64,000 bases of DNA from Vicugna vicugna (lineage: Eukaryota), in assembly GCA_013265495.1 (NCBI GenBank), contig MU058000.1, positions 1,240,001-1,304,000 on the forward strand, written 5' to 3'. Below the pieces are notes generated by a model. It was not told the origin of the DNA. It worked only from the letters and a program-made list of their open reading frames with translations, and did no database searches. Both the position numbers and the translations under genes were made by a program. Every line of letters begins with the position of its first letter. Position 1 is the first letter of the stretch. Below, in pieces: positions 26,033-38,899 of the stretch.

Positions 26033-27989
26033 AACGTCCACCCTAGACGCCTGGAATTGTGCCTCTGAGCTCCTGCGCTGGTGAAGCTGGAGGCTGCTTT
26101 TAAAAATATTATCATCCACGCTCCTTACCTGACACGTCGGAGGGGATAGTTTTCCAGGTCACACATGTCTTACTACTTTTGGAAATAATCATGTGGAAAG
26201 GCTTTACATTGTGTTTGCTGCTACATTTCTGCACAGTGGTGACTGTCAAGCTGGAATCAAACTAATAGGAGCCGGAAAAAAAAAAAAAGATGACAACGAC
26301 CGAGAAGAAGTGCGAATAATTTCTGATAAGAATGTTCCTCACGGGTTTTTCAAATAAGTTTTATCATCCAATCTGATCAGTGAATCATTCTTGTTCATAA
26401 ATTATTGATCAGTCTCTTTCCTCTATCACATCTTTTGCACCATTGAAACAAGCAAAATCCAACTTTGGGTGAATTCCCTTTTAAGAATATCTGGAGAGAA
26501 ACATTTCTCCCCAACCTTCATCGTCAGAAATGAAGCACAACCATTATGTAAACCACATTCGGCTGAAGGGTTTTCTTTTTGATTGTTCCTCTTTTAATTA
26601 GAATTTTCTTTTCAGAGGATTTAGCGTTTAGCATTTAGTCTTAGTATTCATTTAATTTTCAGTCTGCTGCTGATTCATTATTCTGGGCAGTGTGCTGTGG
26701 GTTTTATGGACAATGTACTGCTATTGACCTGCATTTGAAACAGATTGTCCCCTGACCTAGGAGAAAAGGGCCTTCAGTACAGTGTGTTTCTGCTGCTTAG
26801 CCATTCAATAGTCAAATAGCATTTCCAAGTTTTGTTTCATTTTCTCTATAATGGGGGTGAAAGTATCTTACAGGATTTTTGTGAGGATTATGTAAAATTA
26901 AATGAGGAAATATTCTGAAACCCCTGGCTTCGTACGTGTTAAAAATGTACTGTTAGCTGAATGTGAGTCGAAAGGGTAAGGGCTGATGACAGCTAAGACT
27001 CTTAGTTTTTAGTGTCAGTAACCCTGCTTAGTCTCCTCCCAGTCAAGCTCCCCCTGAGAGTTACAGACATCCAGCCTCAGAAGGGAAGAGGCACGTGAAA
27101 GATGCTGAGATGAAAATGTTCTAGAGAATGAGAGGGTGGTTCACTGCGGAGAGGTGTGGTCTTGTCTTTACTACTAAGAGGTGGCTCTAGTTTATCTTTG
27201 ATGAAAGTTTCATCAATGGGAAAAGGAAGAAAAATGATACTGTGAGGAAGAGGGGAAAATCAAAAACAAAGGCTCTGATGGACTAGAAAGGGCACTGTCC
27301 TCATTACCTGCACTTGATCACCATGGAGAATATTTTCCAGGATTTGGAAACAAAGGAAATGATGTTTTAAGAGCACTTCAAGGACTAGGTCAGTTAGCTA
27401 TAATGCAGAGACTTTTGTCCAAGAGTCTCTTAATTTTGCCACTTACTTTGGAATTAAATCTTGCACCAGATGACATCATCCTTCACTGATGTCCACTGGG
27501 CAACCCCTCTTAACAGGTTTGGAGTTTTCCCTGGCATTTTGGGACAGTCCGTCCTTTCTGTATGGTGTGGTAGAAGTTCACAAATATTACTGCTCTGTGT
27601 TTTATAAGACTCAAGTCATCAGGGTTTTAAAGTCCCATTCTGATGATGGGCAAACAGAATCAGGGACATTGATTTGCCAAAGACTGTCTCACTCCAGAGT
27701 TAGGATTGCATGTCACAGATCTGTGAGTCTCTCTTACAACCCCTGCTGCTATGGCTAAGAATATGACTAAGAGATGGTGGTCAAGCAGGAGGCCTTTGAA
27801 GGCAGAGTGACCTCAGGGGTTCCAATCTCCATTGTTTTTTTCCAGGCCGTGTGACTGTGGCCGCAGGAAACAAAATAATTTTAAGGAAAAAAGATTTGGA
27901 AGGAAACAGGAAGGGCACTGCCATCACTTTCTGCTCTTGGGAAACAGAGAAAACTGCACAGGATCTGAACAAAAAGGAAATCAAGGCCA

Positions 27990-28180
27990 GCTCTGAGTCG
28001 ATTCCTGGTTGAAATCCTGCCTTGTGACCAGCCGTGTTAAGTTGGCCACTCCTTAGAGGCCCCTCATCTTAAAATGGAAACGGTAACAGGGTATCCTTCG
28101 TCGAGTTACTTGAACTACACGGTGAGCGTATGCGTGGTGAAACGCTTACCACAGTGCTGTCGTATAAAAGGTACTTGATA
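27990..28180 (+). mobile_element. MIR SINE, unusually CpG-rich
   Basis: cctggttgaaatcctg...cctcatcttaaaatgg...aaacgcttaccacagtgc; 10 CpGs. Confidence 0.75.
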
Positions 28181-28214
28181 ATAATAATAATAATAATAAT
28201 AATAATAGTAATAA
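28178..28214 (+). repeat. (ATA)n microsatellite at the MIR 3' end
   Basis: ataataataataataataataataataatagtaata. Confidence 0.95.
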
Positions 28215-28721
28215 CTCTACCACCACTGTGTCCACTGCTGACCATCCCTACTGTTTTAACTGCATCTGTGAGAACATGCAGTTCTTGTCAAGGGCTAAAG
28301 GCTAATTCAGCCTTGAATGCTCAACTTGTTCATACTTAAAGTAATCAATAGTAAAGCTTCCAAATTTCGACAGAAGTACTTAAAAAAAAAAAACCCTTAT
28401 ATAGCAAGTACAGTGTTATGGCTTGATCTTGGCATCAAACTGGAAACCCACTCATAGGATATGTATAACAGAATTGCCTCTCTTTGCCAGTTATTGGTTA
28501 TGAATTGGATTTCCTGTCCCCAGAGATGGTCCTGATGTGGAAAATAAAATGATTATGAGACAGGCCTCTGACCTATTTTCTGAAAACGAATACTCTCTTT
28601 AAACCTGAAAAATATAATCGACGCTTTTAATATTGGATGTTATTTTTTGACGACCCACTGAAACTATTGACTTCGTATTCCCTTATCTGAAGATGTAGAG
28701 GCTGGACTGGCTCCAACTATC

Positions 28722-28930
28722 ATATTTTGAGCATTTATTGTGTGCCAGTCTTATTGTAAGTGTATTACATACACATCCTCATCCAATTGACAGTGACCTT
28801 GTGGCACACGTGTTATTTCTGTTTTATAAAAGAGGAAGCCAGTGTTCAACATCTGAGCAAGCCTTTCAGGGTCCTGTGGCCGGCACTCAGCACAGCCAGG
28901 ATTTACTACCCTGGTCTGTCTGATGCTGAA
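28722..28930 (-). mobile_element. MIR SINE
   Basis: atattttgagcatttattgtgtgccag...ttttataaaagaggaagc...gccaggattt...tctgtctgatg. Confidence 0.7.
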
Positions 28931-30199
28931 GTGTGTGTTTATAAGAAGTGCACGCATCTAACATTACTATGAAGACCTCTTCCATCTCTAACATTCTGAG
29001 ATTGCACTCAAAGTACTCTTTCCTGTAGTAGGTAAATGTGTTTTGACGTATTGCCTTCAGCTTGAGGGTGAACAAGACAGTTTAATGAAAATAAACATAG
29101 TGGATCGGGTATAAGTTTACACATTACCACTCAGGGGCACAGAGCTATAACTTTTTAGTTTTCTATAACTCAACTCCATTTTGTTCTCAAGTTCCCTCAA
29201 GCTGCCTAGAGCAGACAGCTTAGTTTATGGCGTTCTGGTGTATTCAGTCCAACCTAGTTGAATTTGCAGTCCAGGGTCAGTGTTATTATTTCAACCACTG
29301 CCCAGTTTGAAGCCTCCTCACTCTTGAGGGGAGACTCAGAATTTCAGGCAGCTGCTCCCTCGCTTTCATCCTCCTCTTTTCTTTCTCTTTGTGCCACTGC
29401 GTGCTGGAGAAAGGGAGTGGCATTTCTAGTTAGTGTAGTAGCTTCTGGGTCCTGGCTGGGCGCTGATGGTAAAGAATCTGCCCCTTCCTGGTGTGTGTCA
29501 TGGTCTGATAGCTGCCACAGGTGACCAGGTTTCATGAACTCTGCATCTCCTTTGTTCTGGCATCTGGTAGATTTTCAGTCCTTATTTGTCCCTCACTAGG
29601 CTATGTGGGACCTTATGGAATCTGCTGCAAGTCACACAGTTGGCTGATGGAGAAATGGGAGAAACTTCTCAGTCTCCCTGTCCACACTTTTCTATCAGCT
29701 ATGCTGTGGTTGCCTCAGGTTGGTATGCCTCCCCTCTCTAGGCCAAAAAGCAAGGGGTTCAGAGCCCCATCGAATACAGAAGCACCATTTAGGCCTGGTC
29801 TTGGTTCCTCCAGCCCACATCCACCGCCCTCTCCCAGGCTGGGGAGGGCGTTTGCTTTACTCACAGAGAAAAATGTGCTTTAGCTCATAGCCTCTCTCCT
29901 TCCTGTTCTGTATTTACAGTCACAAATTGATGCTTTGCTTTGTATTATGTAAAAAAAGATACAGCCTTCGGAGTTTTTAGGAAATCCTTTTATTTGAAGT
30001 CTTGCTTTCAGGAATATTGTTTAATTATGGATCCATGGAAGTCTACTTTAATCAGACAAAAATTAAGCAATGGCTTCCCTATTCTTGGCCTCTCTGCCTG
30101 TCCCTGGAAGCATTTGCTTATGCTTTGGCTATCATTTGTTAAAGGGCAGAAGGAGTCCCAGGTGGGGCAGAGAACTCTTTCTCCACCAAGATTTGCACT

Positions 30200-30605
30200 T
30201 ACCTTCTGTGGTGCGGAGTTTTTACCAGAAAGTCGATGCTGGGCACACATCCGTATTTCTCACTTGCCCTCTCATCTCTGTGTGGCCATTTGGTTCTGAC
30301 CAATGAAATATGAGAGGACTTTTGAATGTCAGTTCCCAAGTTGACATCGTTTACATGTGAACGTTCTTTCTCTGAGCTCTCCCTCGTCTCCTGCCCAACC
30401 AGCTGGGTGTCAATATCGGTGGTGACCTTGAGAGCCCTGTGTTCATACCGGCTGGTCCTCTGTCAGCCTGGATTCCTGCATGACTGTATGGAGCAGATGA
30501 TCCCTGCCCATTCTCCTTTCAGTTCAAAAATAAACTTGTCTCTTGGGTAGTTACTTGAGATTTTTCGATGTATTTCTTATATCAGCTGGTGCTACTTCAA
30601 CCAAT
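30200..30605 (+). mobile_element. MaLR LTR (MLT1J-like)
   Basis: ttctgaccaatgaaatatgag, cagcctggattcctgcatgactgtatggagcaga, aaataaactt. Confidence 0.75.
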
Positions 30606-30781
30606 AAAGCAGGAGTAAAAAGACATTGGAGCTATATGTTTTTACAAAGTATCCCTGCTACAAAAGCCAAATAAAATTTCCTTAGAGGGAACAAGGCATC
30701 TTCAAAAAGAAGGAAAAGCCCTTCCTTCCATGCTTTGTTTGGACCACACATACCTGTTAAACTTTGATGTTGGGTTTAAGT

Positions 30782-30974
30782 CAGGGGTTGGCAAACTCTG
30801 GCCCATGGTGTTTTTGTATGGCTGATGGGCTGAGCATAATTTTTGAATGTTTAGACAGTTGTAAAAACAAAACCAAACAAATGAAGAAGGAGAGTAGGTG
30901 ACAGAGATTATAGGTGACTCTCAAGTCTGAAATATTTACTGTCTGGTCTTTTACAGAAAATTTGCCATCTCCTG
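30782..30974 (+). mobile_element. hAT-Charlie MITE (MER58C-like)
   Basis: TIRs caggggttggcaaa / tttgccatctcctg; aaatatttactgtctggtcttttacagaaaa. Confidence 0.85.
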
Positions 30975-32634
30975 CCACAAATGGTGGGTAGACCAGTGAG
31001 CTTAAACTACATTACGTAGAGAAGACCAGTCTGAGCATAAAGAACTGACTAGTCTATCCAGGGTGGACCTGGGGTGTTACAATTTAGGCCTTCGAAATGG
31101 ACAGGAACTCTATGGAAAGTGTGCACTTGACCTAACCCTAGTGGAAAAGTACAAAGATTTGCTCAGTCTCCATTTCTTGTGTCTGTAGAATCTAGAAGCA
31201 GCTTGATTTGTTCATATAATTGACTGATGATTTTTGAAGCTGGTAGTCAGTTTGGTATTATTATAGACAAAGCCAGAGAGGAGAAACTGTTCTTTTCTGT
31301 TTGTTTTGGACTAGTGGCTCCCTAAACCAAGGCCAGTGCCTCTTGGATTTATAGGGTGGAAGAAACATTTTTCAACACTTCAATAAGGAGAAGAAATTCT
31401 CTTGAGACTTGAGTAACCAAAACATAGAAATATTCTTCTGTTTCTCCATTTATAGCCTCCAAAGAGTCAAGCACATTCCTGCAGAATGATCTAGATTAAC
31501 CATCAAGCTATAGATCTATTGTGAATATGTGATATTCAGTAGGTTTGCAGCCAGACCTACCCATCTCATCCCCTGGGGCACCGATAATAATTAAGAGACT
31601 ACGCTTGTGGTTTCCAAAGGGGACCAAAATCAAGACTGTATTATGATTAAGCCTCTGCTTATGATGTGTGCCAACGAGCAAGATTTGTTTAAGTTGGCAG
31701 ATTTTAACGCTTGTGTGAAATATTTTTTATTTTCCTGCCACTAATTATGTTATGATTAAGTTACAGCCACTGGAGTGTAATTATCTATTGCATAATACTT
31801 TTTATACATGGGTCCCTAGAAATTTGCCTCTTCAATAGTGCTGACTGAGGTTTTGCTGCACCTTCTTAATGATAAAACTTTCTTTCATACAGTTCGGTTT
31901 ATCTTCTCCCTAGGAAGTCCTTAATAATCATTTTCAGAAGAAGAAAATCCCAGTCTAGGCTGTTTATCTTGCAGATAGGTTTTTTCATCTGGCCCTTGTG
32001 AATTCTGGGGCAATCGTGATGGTAGCGAGTCCCTGAGTGGGAAGGGTCCTACTCAGCCGTGGTAGTGGAAGGCTTCTCCGAGAGGTGGCACTGAGAGTTC
32101 ATTTTTATTTTAGTATCCGTTTTGATAGCTTTGTGTTTTTCCAAGTCACAGAACAGTGGAACTCTGATAGATGTTTTGTAATCGGCATCACTTACTTCCT
32201 TCACTTTCATCTTCTCTGTGCAGATAGCTGCATAATTTTCTTTACTTCTGAGGCTGAAGCTTTGTGTTAGCTCACTGAGTGGGGAGTATAATATTCTCGT
32301 ATAAAGCCATCCCAATCGTGGGTCCTTCTCTCCTTTCCCCCCTCATTAAACCTAAGTGTCATCATGGCAAAGACCACATCTATCATTCCCAACTTTTGAT
32401 TCCTAAAAATCCAGTACAGTGCCTGGCACCTGACAACAGTTTCCTGAAAGAATTACTGAATGACATCTCTCCCTGGCAGGGGCTCCTGAAAGCCTTCTCT
32501 ACAATGGTACTTTTGCTTTCTGGAATTTATTTTGTACTTTCGGAGATTAAGTGGCTAGATAATATAAACTTTTAGTTCTTTTGCTGTTCTAAGATTCAGG
32601 GGTTTTAAGTATGTACTTTATGATTGATTTATTT

Positions 32635-33070
32635 TACTCGTTCATTTAGTCATTCAGCGAACATTTATTATGCACCTTCTGTGTGGCAAGAAATGTTCAG
32701 AGTGCAGTGATGATCATAGTTGAAAAGGTCTCTCATCTCATGGAGCTTGTATTTTTGTTTATTGTAACAGGTAGAAAACTAAATGAATCACGGAAGTATC
32801 AGATAGCGATGAATACTCTGTAGAGATGAAAACAGAGCACTGTGAATGAGAGCGGCTGGGGGTGACTTTAGATTCAAGTTTGGAGAAGACTTCTCTAAGG
32901 AGGTGGCATCAGCCAGTGATGCAGGAATGGTGTGAAAGGCAGCACATGGTTGGCAGAAGGACCAGTGAAGGCAAATGCCCTCTGGCAGAAACCAGACTGC
33001 CACATTCAAAGAAGGCTGATGGGGCTGGAACACATGGGACAACTGAAAAACTGAAGCTGTGAGTAGGCAC
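32635..33070 (-). mobile_element. L2 LINE 3' fragment
   Basis: cattcagcgaacatttattatgcaccttctgtgtggca...ctcatggagctt...gaagacttctctaaggaggtggcat. Confidence 0.8.
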
Positions 33071-34426
33071 TGGAGGTGGGTGGGTGGGTGTCAAAATGGG
33101 GTGAGGATAGCCTAAAGATAATATTAATGATTCAACATCAAAACATTAGCAAGAACAGTATTTGAAAAGCATCCTTGGGATGGAGGGCAAAAGGCTAAAA
33201 ATTAATCTTGGATCTTAGTCCATCCTCTGCATTAACAGCCCTGAAAGCTGGACAAACCTTGTACTTAAGTGTAGGGCAGTGCACAACATATCCTTAAAGA
33301 AGGGCCAGAAAATAAAAAGAGAAAGGAAAAAAAATACCCTACGCCGTTTAATCCAAAATGAATTCACAGGGGAAGGTCTTTCTTCTCGAAAGCAATTATA
33401 CTTTACAGCGTGTTTCTTTTCCCCGGTGTCTCAGCTTCCCATGATGCCTGACTTCATTAAAGCAGGCAGGAAACAGGATTTTCTGTGATGTGCTGGTAGA
33501 ATTATATCTTCTGAGCTGCAACTAATTGTTTTGATGAAAACAAAACAAAACAAAAAAACACAATACAACACTATATGAGATCAATGCTTGCACACTGTGC
33601 GAACTCAGAAAGAAAGGAAACAAAAACACAACACACTGTTTTATCTGTCACATTTTGTTTGTATAAAACATAAAACTAGGAGAGAGCTTGGCTTAATGAT
33701 GGATCTGAGTGCTGTTTGCAAAAATCCTCTTTGGAGATTTGTCCAGGCATTTCTCTGTGTGTGTGGGTGGGTGTGGGTGTGTGTTCCCAAACATATTTTT
33801 TTGGCTTATTTTGTTACTGTCTTGATTCCTCAGTTTTTAAAATGAGGATGGTATGTTTATTGTAGCCATATCTCAAGGAATGGTGACAAGATGTAGTTAC
33901 AGTGAAAAGAGATGAAATAAATGATTGAATTGTTACTGTGCCCTCTCTGCTTTAATAGTAACGATCGTCATGATAATATGAACACAGAGTAAACCAAGAA
34001 CTTCTTTGTAAGGTGAGGATAATTGGGCTCTAGTTTCACCTCTGCCTCCAACATGAGGGAGGCCTTGCTTCTCCCTCCTTCTCTCTGGAAACTCCACCTG
34101 GGATACTTGAATTTGATCAAGTCAACGTTGAAGGCCTTCCCTATTCTGAGCTCCGTGATTCTCAACATGTATCAATCCTTAGTATTTTCTCTATGTATTC
34201 TGAGTGTACAGCCACAGGGACTCACGATTCATCTCCCAGCGATGTTCTGATAATGGTTACGAATGAGAAAAGGAAATGATGATAGAGAAGAGACTTTATT
34301 GGAAGTCTGTTTCCAGAAAGCAAAAAGCCTTTATCTACCTACCAAATCCCTCCTGCTTCTCGGCACCTTAAAGAAGAAACAAAATCACTGTCAGAGCCAG
34401 AGGGCGGATTGGTGTGTTCGAGATCC

Positions 34427-34570
34427 CGGCAACTCAAGTGTGGTCCCAGGAGCTGCAGCATCACTTGGGAGCTTGTTGGAAGTGTAGCATCTCAGGCCCT
34501 GCCCTGGACCTAGAGTCAGACTCTTCATTGTAACCAGAGTTCTACGTGAATGAAAATTTAAGAAGCTCTA
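34427..34570. mobile_element. hAT-Charlie MITE (MER5A-like)
   Basis: ctcaagtgtggtcccagga...cagcatcacttgggagcttgtt...tctcaggccctgccctggacct...aaatttaagaagc. Confidence 0.85.
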
Positions 34571-35849
34571 TTTCAGATGAGTGGCCATTGAAGGGGATTA
34601 TTCAGCCAAGTACCCATTCTAACCTCAAACAGAGTAAATGCACTGTTACTGCAAGAGACCCCACTCTGCAGCTCACTGGTTGCTCTTGGCCTATAACATA
34701 AGGTTTGTCTTTGGAATCATTCACAAAATACTATACTATCCAAGAAGTGGTATTCCTTCTTCAGCTTCAGAACTGAGCAAGTGACCGGTTTCGCTGTTTG
34801 GAGTTACCCTTCAGTCTTTCAAAATGCAGTTCACATTTCTGCTTGCTGAGATGAGCATATTTTGAAGAAATGCCCATGCTGGAAAAAAACATGCACCTTC
34901 ACCTGTCATCTGAAGGCTAAAGAATTGAAAAGCAACCTCTCTACCCACTTGTTTTAAAAATAATATTCAAAATAATTTTCCTTCTCTTGTGCATACGTTG
35001 AATACAAAATGTGCGTGTGTGTGTGTGTGCAGGAAAGGAGGCAGATGGATATTGGCCTCTGTTAACTGAAAATATTCTTGGTCTATGCTTAGGGTCACAG
35101 TGCAGTGGGCTCAAAAATGATTGTTTTGGATGGATATTTCTTTTCCAGTTATTGGGGCCTGAAATTGAATAGGTGATTTTTGCACCACAGAGATGGTGAC
35201 TTTACCATAGAAGGTAAAAATGAGCCACCTGGAATGCTGTTGTGTTGCTCATTTCACCTGAGGTCTGTTACGTGGCTCTGGGAGATCAGTTATAACTATC
35301 AATGTATCACTTGGTTGATTTTATTAGAGAAAAATGACTAGAGAATCTCAAAAGAATGCACACAAGCCATGCCTTTGACTTAAACAGGAGCAGACCAGAG
35401 ACCACACAATGCAAAAGAGAATCTTATTGGTAGAAAGTGGGACATCTTCTGAAGTCATCAGGGCAATATTTGAATTGGACGAGAGCAGAAAAAGTCAACA
35501 GACCTCAGATTTCAAGCAGCTTTGAGAGATGAGTATGTCTTAGCTGACATGGTATACTCTAGGAGTTGAGACCTCATTTATAATCCCACAAGCTGTTCTG
35601 GTCAGTCTATATAGGAAAGAGGTTCTTCAAGAAATAGGAAAGCATGTCAATAAATCTTTTGACTTCAAGTCTCCAGTAGTAACTCCAAGCATGCAGTTCT
35701 TTGCCTCTGAGTCGTTGACCCTTTGGAGCAGAGGAAAGAAGGGACGAGTGATCCAGAGGAGCTGTTTCATTTTATTATGGTCGTGGGCCTGGCCTGTGTC
35801 ACAGCTTCGCAACATGTTAGGTTTCCTGGAAGACGCCTTCGAGATATGC

Positions 35850-35990
35850 TAGTTAATCCTTTTATTTGATAGATTGGTGAACTAAGCCCCAAGGTGCCTG
35901 AATGACATGCCAAGTTCAGAGACTTTGTTAGCAGAATTGGGACTAGAACTCAGTATTCTTGAATTGCAGGACATTGAACTTTCTGCTACA
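35850..35990 (-). mobile_element. MIR fragment
   Basis: aactaagccccaagg...gttagcagaattgggactagaactcag. Confidence 0.6.
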
Positions 35991-36304
35991 TGGGAACATA
36001 TAGGAGAATGCTGTAGGAGGAAATAGGATACAGGAGGACGCTAACCCATGAATGTTGAAAGCAGACCCCTCAAATTGCAAGAATTTGTGTCTACTTGTCC
36101 CAGACTACAGGTGCCCATTTGCCTAGCAGTCAAAGCTGTGACGTGCAGGTTCTGAGCTTTTCCAGCCTGGTATATGTCTGTGTAAAAGGCTTCCAGACCA
36201 GAAGCATCAGTGGACACCTTCATAATGAACTGGCATTAGGGAAAGCCACTCAATCGGAAGATGGGGGGTAGAGTGTGGTGAGGGTGCTTCCATCCCTTCA
36301 CTGG

Positions 36305-36720
36305 GCATTCATTTGTTCAACAAGCTGATCTTGACTGTGAGCCAGCATCTGAGTTAAGCAGCAGTAATGTAAGAATGAACAGGACACATAATCTGCCTTC
36401 AAAAATTTATAATCCAGTGGAGTAGACATAAAGGTAAATTTGAAGTTCCTTTATTCAGTGTATTTTTTGAATTCCGTGTCAGATACTGGGTTTATCACGG
36501 GGAATACAATAAAAACAAGGTAGACATCATCCCTGCATTCAAGGACCTCTCTGTGTAGCCAGAATAATGACATTAAAGAAATTCATGAGTAATTAGTATT
36601 GTGATAAAGGTTTATATCTGGATTCTGGGAGCACAGATTGAGGACATGTGATACAAATGAGGACTCAGGGGAATGTCTGACTTGAGTTCAGTCATGAGGA
36701 ACAGTGATGATGAATTCAAC
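36305..36720 (-). mobile_element. L2 fragments
   Basis: cattcatttgttcaacaa...gaatgaacaggacaca; a second piece atccctgcattcaagga...ctgggagcacaga. Confidence 0.65.
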
Positions 36721-37194
36721 AAGAGAAACCCCTCAGAGTTCATGCTGTCCCTAGATTTTTCTGGACCTTTTTCGTAAGTCATGGAATGTCCTTGGGAACA
36801 CGCATAGATGAAGACAGACTTACTCCCCTAGCTTGAAACAATTCCTTCTCTCCAGTGCCCTGAGAGCTGAATGAGGCAATCACTTCTTGTGATTTCTTGG
36901 CTAAGAAGAGGGGATTTTTGGCCCTTTCCCTGAAGGCTGTTTTCCGCACATCTCCCTTTGTGTGACAGCTTCGCCGTACGATGAGCAGGTGCTGGCCGAG
37001 GCAGGAGACATCCTGCTGGATGTAACTGGGCTGTGGGGCCACTTCCACTGGGATAACGGAGACCTCAGATGGTTTGTTTTTCCTTCCTTTTCTCAAAATG
37101 CTCCTGTCTGAGGCTTTGAGTTTCTGAGTCAGGCTCTCACAACCTGTTCAGTTTTCTGGAGAGTCTGTAGATGCCAAATAGAGAAATTTAACCG

Positions 37195-37330
37195 AGCAGA
37201 TTGTTTACCGGTGAGGGAACTGAAAGGCGGGGAGAGGTGAAGAGAAGCTACCGAGGCGAGATGGTGAGTTAGTGACTGAGCTGCGTGGACCCACGGTTTT
37301 CGCTTCTTGCCCCCGGGCTAGACTCTGCTT
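37195..37330 (-). mobile_element. MIR fragment, GC/CpG-enriched
   Basis: tttaccggtgagggaactgaaaggcggggagaggtgaag aligns to antisense MIR tttacagatgaggaaactgaggcacagagaggttaag. Confidence 0.65.
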
Positions 37331-37937
37331 GGCAGAGACTGTGTTCAGGTTTACATGCATTTCCCAAGCAATCCAGCTGCCAGCCTTGCTTCTGGAGGTT
37401 CAGATGAGACAGCTTTGGGTATGGGTGTTTAATGCCATTGTCTCAAAGTACAAAACCATATCGATAACAGGAACCTGGGTATTTTTCATCTTTGTATCGT
37501 CAACTCCTAACACAGTCTTGGAATGCAGTAGAGTTTTAATACCTTTTAATTTACTTTTTTGAGTGGAAAATCAGATATAATTCTGGTTAAGTTTGAAGTC
37601 TTGTCCCATCAATGCCACTATCTAGATATGTGATACTAGATTTTTCTGAACTTCTGTTCCCTTAGCAGTAGAATGGCAGCATTCATTTATTCGTTCAACA
37701 AATGTTTATGGATCACTTACTGTATTCCAGGAAATGTAATATGTTCTGAGGAGTCTGTGAAAGGTGATAGAAGAAACAGTCCCCATCCAAAGTGGCTGTT
37801 TCTGTGCTGGAGATGAAAGATAGTTTAAAAACTGATGTAATGGAAGGCTATTCAATTGGTGATGGAGACCAATTAATTTTTTAAAAGTCAGTTAAAGTGA
37901 GGAATTGTAAAAACTATCAACATACATTAAACATTAT

Positions 37938-38387
37938 TATTTTTAAAATTGATGTAAAATACCTGTAACATAAAATCTACCATTTGGACCATTTAAAACA
38001 GGGCAGTTCGGTAGCATTTAGTATATGCACATTGTTGTGCATGACCACCATTCTCCTCCAGATTTCTTTCCTCTTCTCAAACGGAAACTCTGTATCTATT
38101 AAGCAGTAACTCTCCATTCCCCTGTCTCCTCAGCCCCTTGCAACCACCATTCCATTTTCTGTCCCTGTGTGTTTGACTACTGCTGGTACCTCCTAGAAGT
38201 AGAATCATAATAGTGTTTGTCCTTTTGTGACTGGCTTGTTCCACTTGGCGTGTCTTCAGGGTTCATCCACGTTGTAGCTTCTGTCAGAATTTCCTACCTT
38301 TTTAAGGCTCAGTAGTAGTCCATTGGATGTATAGACCACATTTTGTTTCTCCTTTCATCCACCGATGGGCGTTTGGATTGCTTCCAA
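37938..38387 (-). mobile_element. L1MB-type 3' end
   Basis: acataaaatctaccattt...gcatttagtatatgcacattgttgtgc...tttgtccttttgtgactggctt...gggttcatccacgttgtagc; ttattatttt on both flanks. Confidence 0.9.
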
Positions 38388-38899
38388 TGTATTATTTTAA
38401 TTTGGACATTTTTATGAAGACTGCCGACTGGAGTTTTCTGTCATTGTTCTTACATAAACCATGCCCATAATATGTACTCTAACATTTCCAGTTTTGGTTT
38501 CTTTACTGTGGAGAGAGAACCTAGGTACCTGTGAAGTAATGTGAGGTCAGAATTCCAGAATTTTGTGTTTTTTTTCCCATAGTCTTTTAAATTAAGAATT
38601 TTGAATTCTGCATATTATTGACTCATAGTTAGCAACTTGTCCTATCTATTCTTCTCAGAATGTTTAACTTACAGAAACCATTCTCTCGTATACCCACATT
38701 TTATCAGTTCCATATGGTTTAATTAAATCATACAATCAGAATAAAAAGTGCGCCTGACATTGGAAGGTATGGAAACAAACAATCGATTCTTGGTGCACGT
38801 TGAGGATGATGGCAGACTACAGGACTGCTGGACGGCAGTCAGCTAGTCGAGAGAGTGTTTTCAGAAGAGTTGAAAGGGTAAGTTTATCCAGTTGATCGC

